Below are positions 62,193 through 64,000 of a DNA stretch of 64,000 nt, piece by piece. Below the pieces are notes generated by a model. It was given only the letters and a program-made list of their open reading frames with translations, had not been told where the DNA came from and ran no database searches. The first letter of the stretch is position 1; each line of letters begins with the position of its first letter. The position numbers were made by a program, and so were the translations under genes. Origin of the DNA: Thermoanaerobaculum sp. (GTDB taxonomy: Bacteria; Acidobacteriota; Thermoanaerobaculia; Multivoradales; UBA5704). The stretch covers positions 66,441 through 130,440 of the forward strand of contig JAJKHS010000041.1 of assembly GCA_021154885.1 (NCBI GenBank), written 5' to 3'.

Positions 62193-64000
62193 ATGAGAAC
62201 CTCGACAGTCGCACAGTTCCGTCATGCCCTCGCGCTCGCCGTGCTGGCGCTCGCGGCCGCGCCCGCCGCGCTCGCGCAGGTGAAGGTGGTCGACATGATC
62301 CCCACCGCGATGAGCGACGAGACGAACTTCGATACCGAGCCTTACGTGGCCGTGAACCCGGCCAGCCCGAAGATTGTGGCCGCCACGGCGTTCATGATGA
62401 CGCCTCTCGGCTCGCCAAACGGCCCGTTGCTCGTCTCCATCGACGGCGGCTCGACCTGGGTGACGCGCAACATCATCCCGTCCCGCCCGGGCGGCCTGAA
62501 CACGTTCGACGTGACGATCGGCTTCAACAGTGCGGGGACGGCGTTCTACGCCGGACTCCTGCGCGATAACACGGTGCAGCTCGAGGTCCAGCGGACGATG
62601 GACATGAATCTCAACACCGCGCTCGCCACGGTGAACACGCCGCGGGGGACGGACCAGCCCTACATCTACTCGCGCACGGTCACCGGGTCGCCCGACGCCG
62701 GCAAGGACCGCGTGTGGGTGGGCAACAACGAGGGGGCGGTGAGCCCTGCCAGCGCCACCGTCGACCAGTCGCTCGACGCCGGCATCGCCATACCGGCGTT
62801 CACGCAGGTCCGCATCGACGCCGGCACCCCGGTCGCCCGCGACAACTACCAGGTGCGCACGGTCGCGCACGCCGACGGTCATGTCTACGCGGCGTTCTAC
62901 CGGCGCAAAGGGAACGTCGCGGGCGGCTACAACGCCGACGTGGTAGTGGTGCGCGACGACGACTGGGGCAAGACCCTGCCTCCCTTCCGCAGTCTCGTGG
63001 ACACGGTCACCCTGGTGGCTGGCCAGAACGTCGTCGCAGCGACGCGGGTCTCCGACACGCTCGGCAGCAGCGTCGCCCTGGGGCGCGAATGGTGGGGCGG
63101 CGACCTCTACCTGACAGTCGATCCGAACAACTCCGCGCGCGTCTACATCTCCTATTCCGACAGCCGGACGGGCGCGGAGCGGACCCTGCATCTGCGCCGC
63201 TCGACCGATTTCGGGCAGACCTGGAGCGCCGACCTCCTGACCACGCCGAGCGCCAAGAACGCCGCGATCGCGATCAACCGTCTGGGGACGATCGGCTATC
63301 TCTACCAGCGGCTCGCCGGCACCTCCCCGAACCTGCGTTGGCAGACCCACCTGCGCCGCTCGGCGGACGGCGGCACGACGTGGGATGATGCGACGCTCGC
63401 CGACTTTCCCGCCGAAGGGCCCAGCGCGCCCTCAGGCGCGCGGATCGTCGGCGACTACCTGAACATGGTCGCCGTGGGCACCAGCTTCTACGGCGTCTTC
63501 TCCTCTTACAACGACCCGGTGAACGCGAGCTTCCCCGTTGGCGTGACCTGGCTCCGCAACAGGACGCCGGACGGCGACCCGATGCCGCGTCTGCTCGGCG
63601 TCGACGGCGTCACCACGGTGGCACCGTCGATCGATCCATTCTTCTTCATTGCCAAGGGGCCTCAGCCGCAGATCCAGGTGCCGGGCGCTCTCGACCTGGG
63701 GAAGACCTGCGTCGGGGTGAAGGGCGTGGGAACGCTCGACGTCTGCAACACCGGCAACGACGACCTGATCGTCGACGCCATCACCTCGTCGAATCCCAGG
63801 TTCTCCGTGGCCGCGCCGTCCGCCGGCTTCCCGGTGATGATCAGTCACGATTTCTGTTTCCCGTTCCAGGTCGTCTTCAACTCCGCCGCCACGGGCTCCC
63901 AGTCGGCGACTTTGACGATCTCGAGCAATGACCCGGATCACCCCAAGGTCGACGTTCAGGTTTCCGGCAACGGCACCGAGCCCGACGTCCGGGTCACCGG
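62193..64000 (+). CDS. Secreted BNR/Asp-box repeat protein (sialidase-like beta-propeller) with a C-terminal Ig-like region; 3' partial (runs off the window)
   Basis: The signal peptide is MRTSTVAQFRHALALAVLALAAAPAALAQ. Asp-box motifs are SIDGGSTW, STDFGQTW and SADGGTTW. No stop occurs before the window end. Confidence 0.65.
   Translation, partial: MRTSTVAQFRHALALAVLALAAAPAALAQVKVVDMIPTAMSDETNFDTEPYVAVNPASPKIVAATAFMMTPLGSPNGPLLVSIDGGSTWVTRNIIPSRPGGLNTFDVTIGFNSAGTAFYAGLLRDNTVQLEVQRTMDMNLNTALATVNTPRGTDQPYIYSRTVTGSPDAGKDRVWVGNNEGAVSPASATVDQSLDAGIAIPAFTQVRIDAGTPVARDNYQVRTVAHADGHVYAAFYRRKGNVAGGYNADVVVVRDDDWGKTLPPFRSLVDTVTLVAGQNVVAATRVSDTLGSSVALGREWWGGDLYLTVDPNNSARVYISYSDSRTGAERTLHLRRSTDFGQTWSADLLTTPSAKNAAIAINRLGTIGYLYQRLAGTSPNLRWQTHLRRSADGGTTWDDATLADFPAEGPSAPSGARIVGDYLNMVAVGTSFYGVFSSYNDPVNASFPVGVTWLRNRTPDGDPMPRLLGVDGVTTVAPSIDPFFFIAKGPQPQIQVPGALDLGKTCVGVKGVGTLDVCNTGNDDLIVDAITSSNPRFSVAAPSAGFPVMISHDFCFPFQVVFNSAATGSQSATLTISSNDPDHPKVDVQVSGNGTEPDVRVT

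Overview
This is a high-GC (roughly 65-70%) bacterial chromosomal window with a Gram-negative-type gene organisation. Acidobacteriota or a similar lineage is a guess, not a determination. No rRNA, tRNA or CRISPR array could be supported.

The core of the window is housekeeping:
- der(engA), threonine synthase, a thiolase/SDR pair, agmatinase, radC, larC, hslO (Hsp33), metG-tatD and nif3.
- A long minus-strand operon rimP-nusA-infB-DUF503-rbfA-nrnA-truB-rpsO-pnp.

Accessory material is interleaved:
- Four type II toxin-antitoxin loci: a hicBA pair with a frameshifted hicA, two vapBC pairs, and a truncated Phd/VapC remnant.
- Next to that remnant, a 105-bp tandem repeat and a small Cys-rich secreted peptide.
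- A low-GC two-gene islet (DUF2188 plus an unknown gene).
- The most striking block is at 31-44.7 kb: five co-directional, tightly packed genes.
  - One encodes a 1701-aa secreted protein with tandem DNRLRE-like modules, Ig-like domains, a Cys-rich linker and an unassigned C-terminal domain.
  - One encodes an overlapping small secreted protein.
  - One encodes a 1762-aa secreted protein with TSP3 calcium-binding repeats and LVIVD repeats.
  - One encodes a small GT-B-like protein.
  - One encodes a Tat-signal vanadium-haloperoxidase/PAP2-like enzyme.
- Further right: a frameshifted cNMP-binding gene, a DinB-family gene, a 3-repeat beta-trefoil lectin-like gene, a secreted prolyl oligopeptidase, desaturase-MFS-transglutaminase genes, and an ECF sigma/anti-sigma/LTXXQ operon with a secreted Cys-rich protein.
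- Also a 1562-aa M36 (fungalysin-type) metalloprotease with four DUF11 repeats and an IPTL-CTERM sorting tail, and a partial BNR-repeat protein running off the window end.

Many long ORFs in the six-frame track are antisense or alternate-frame artefacts of the high GC content and were rejected.
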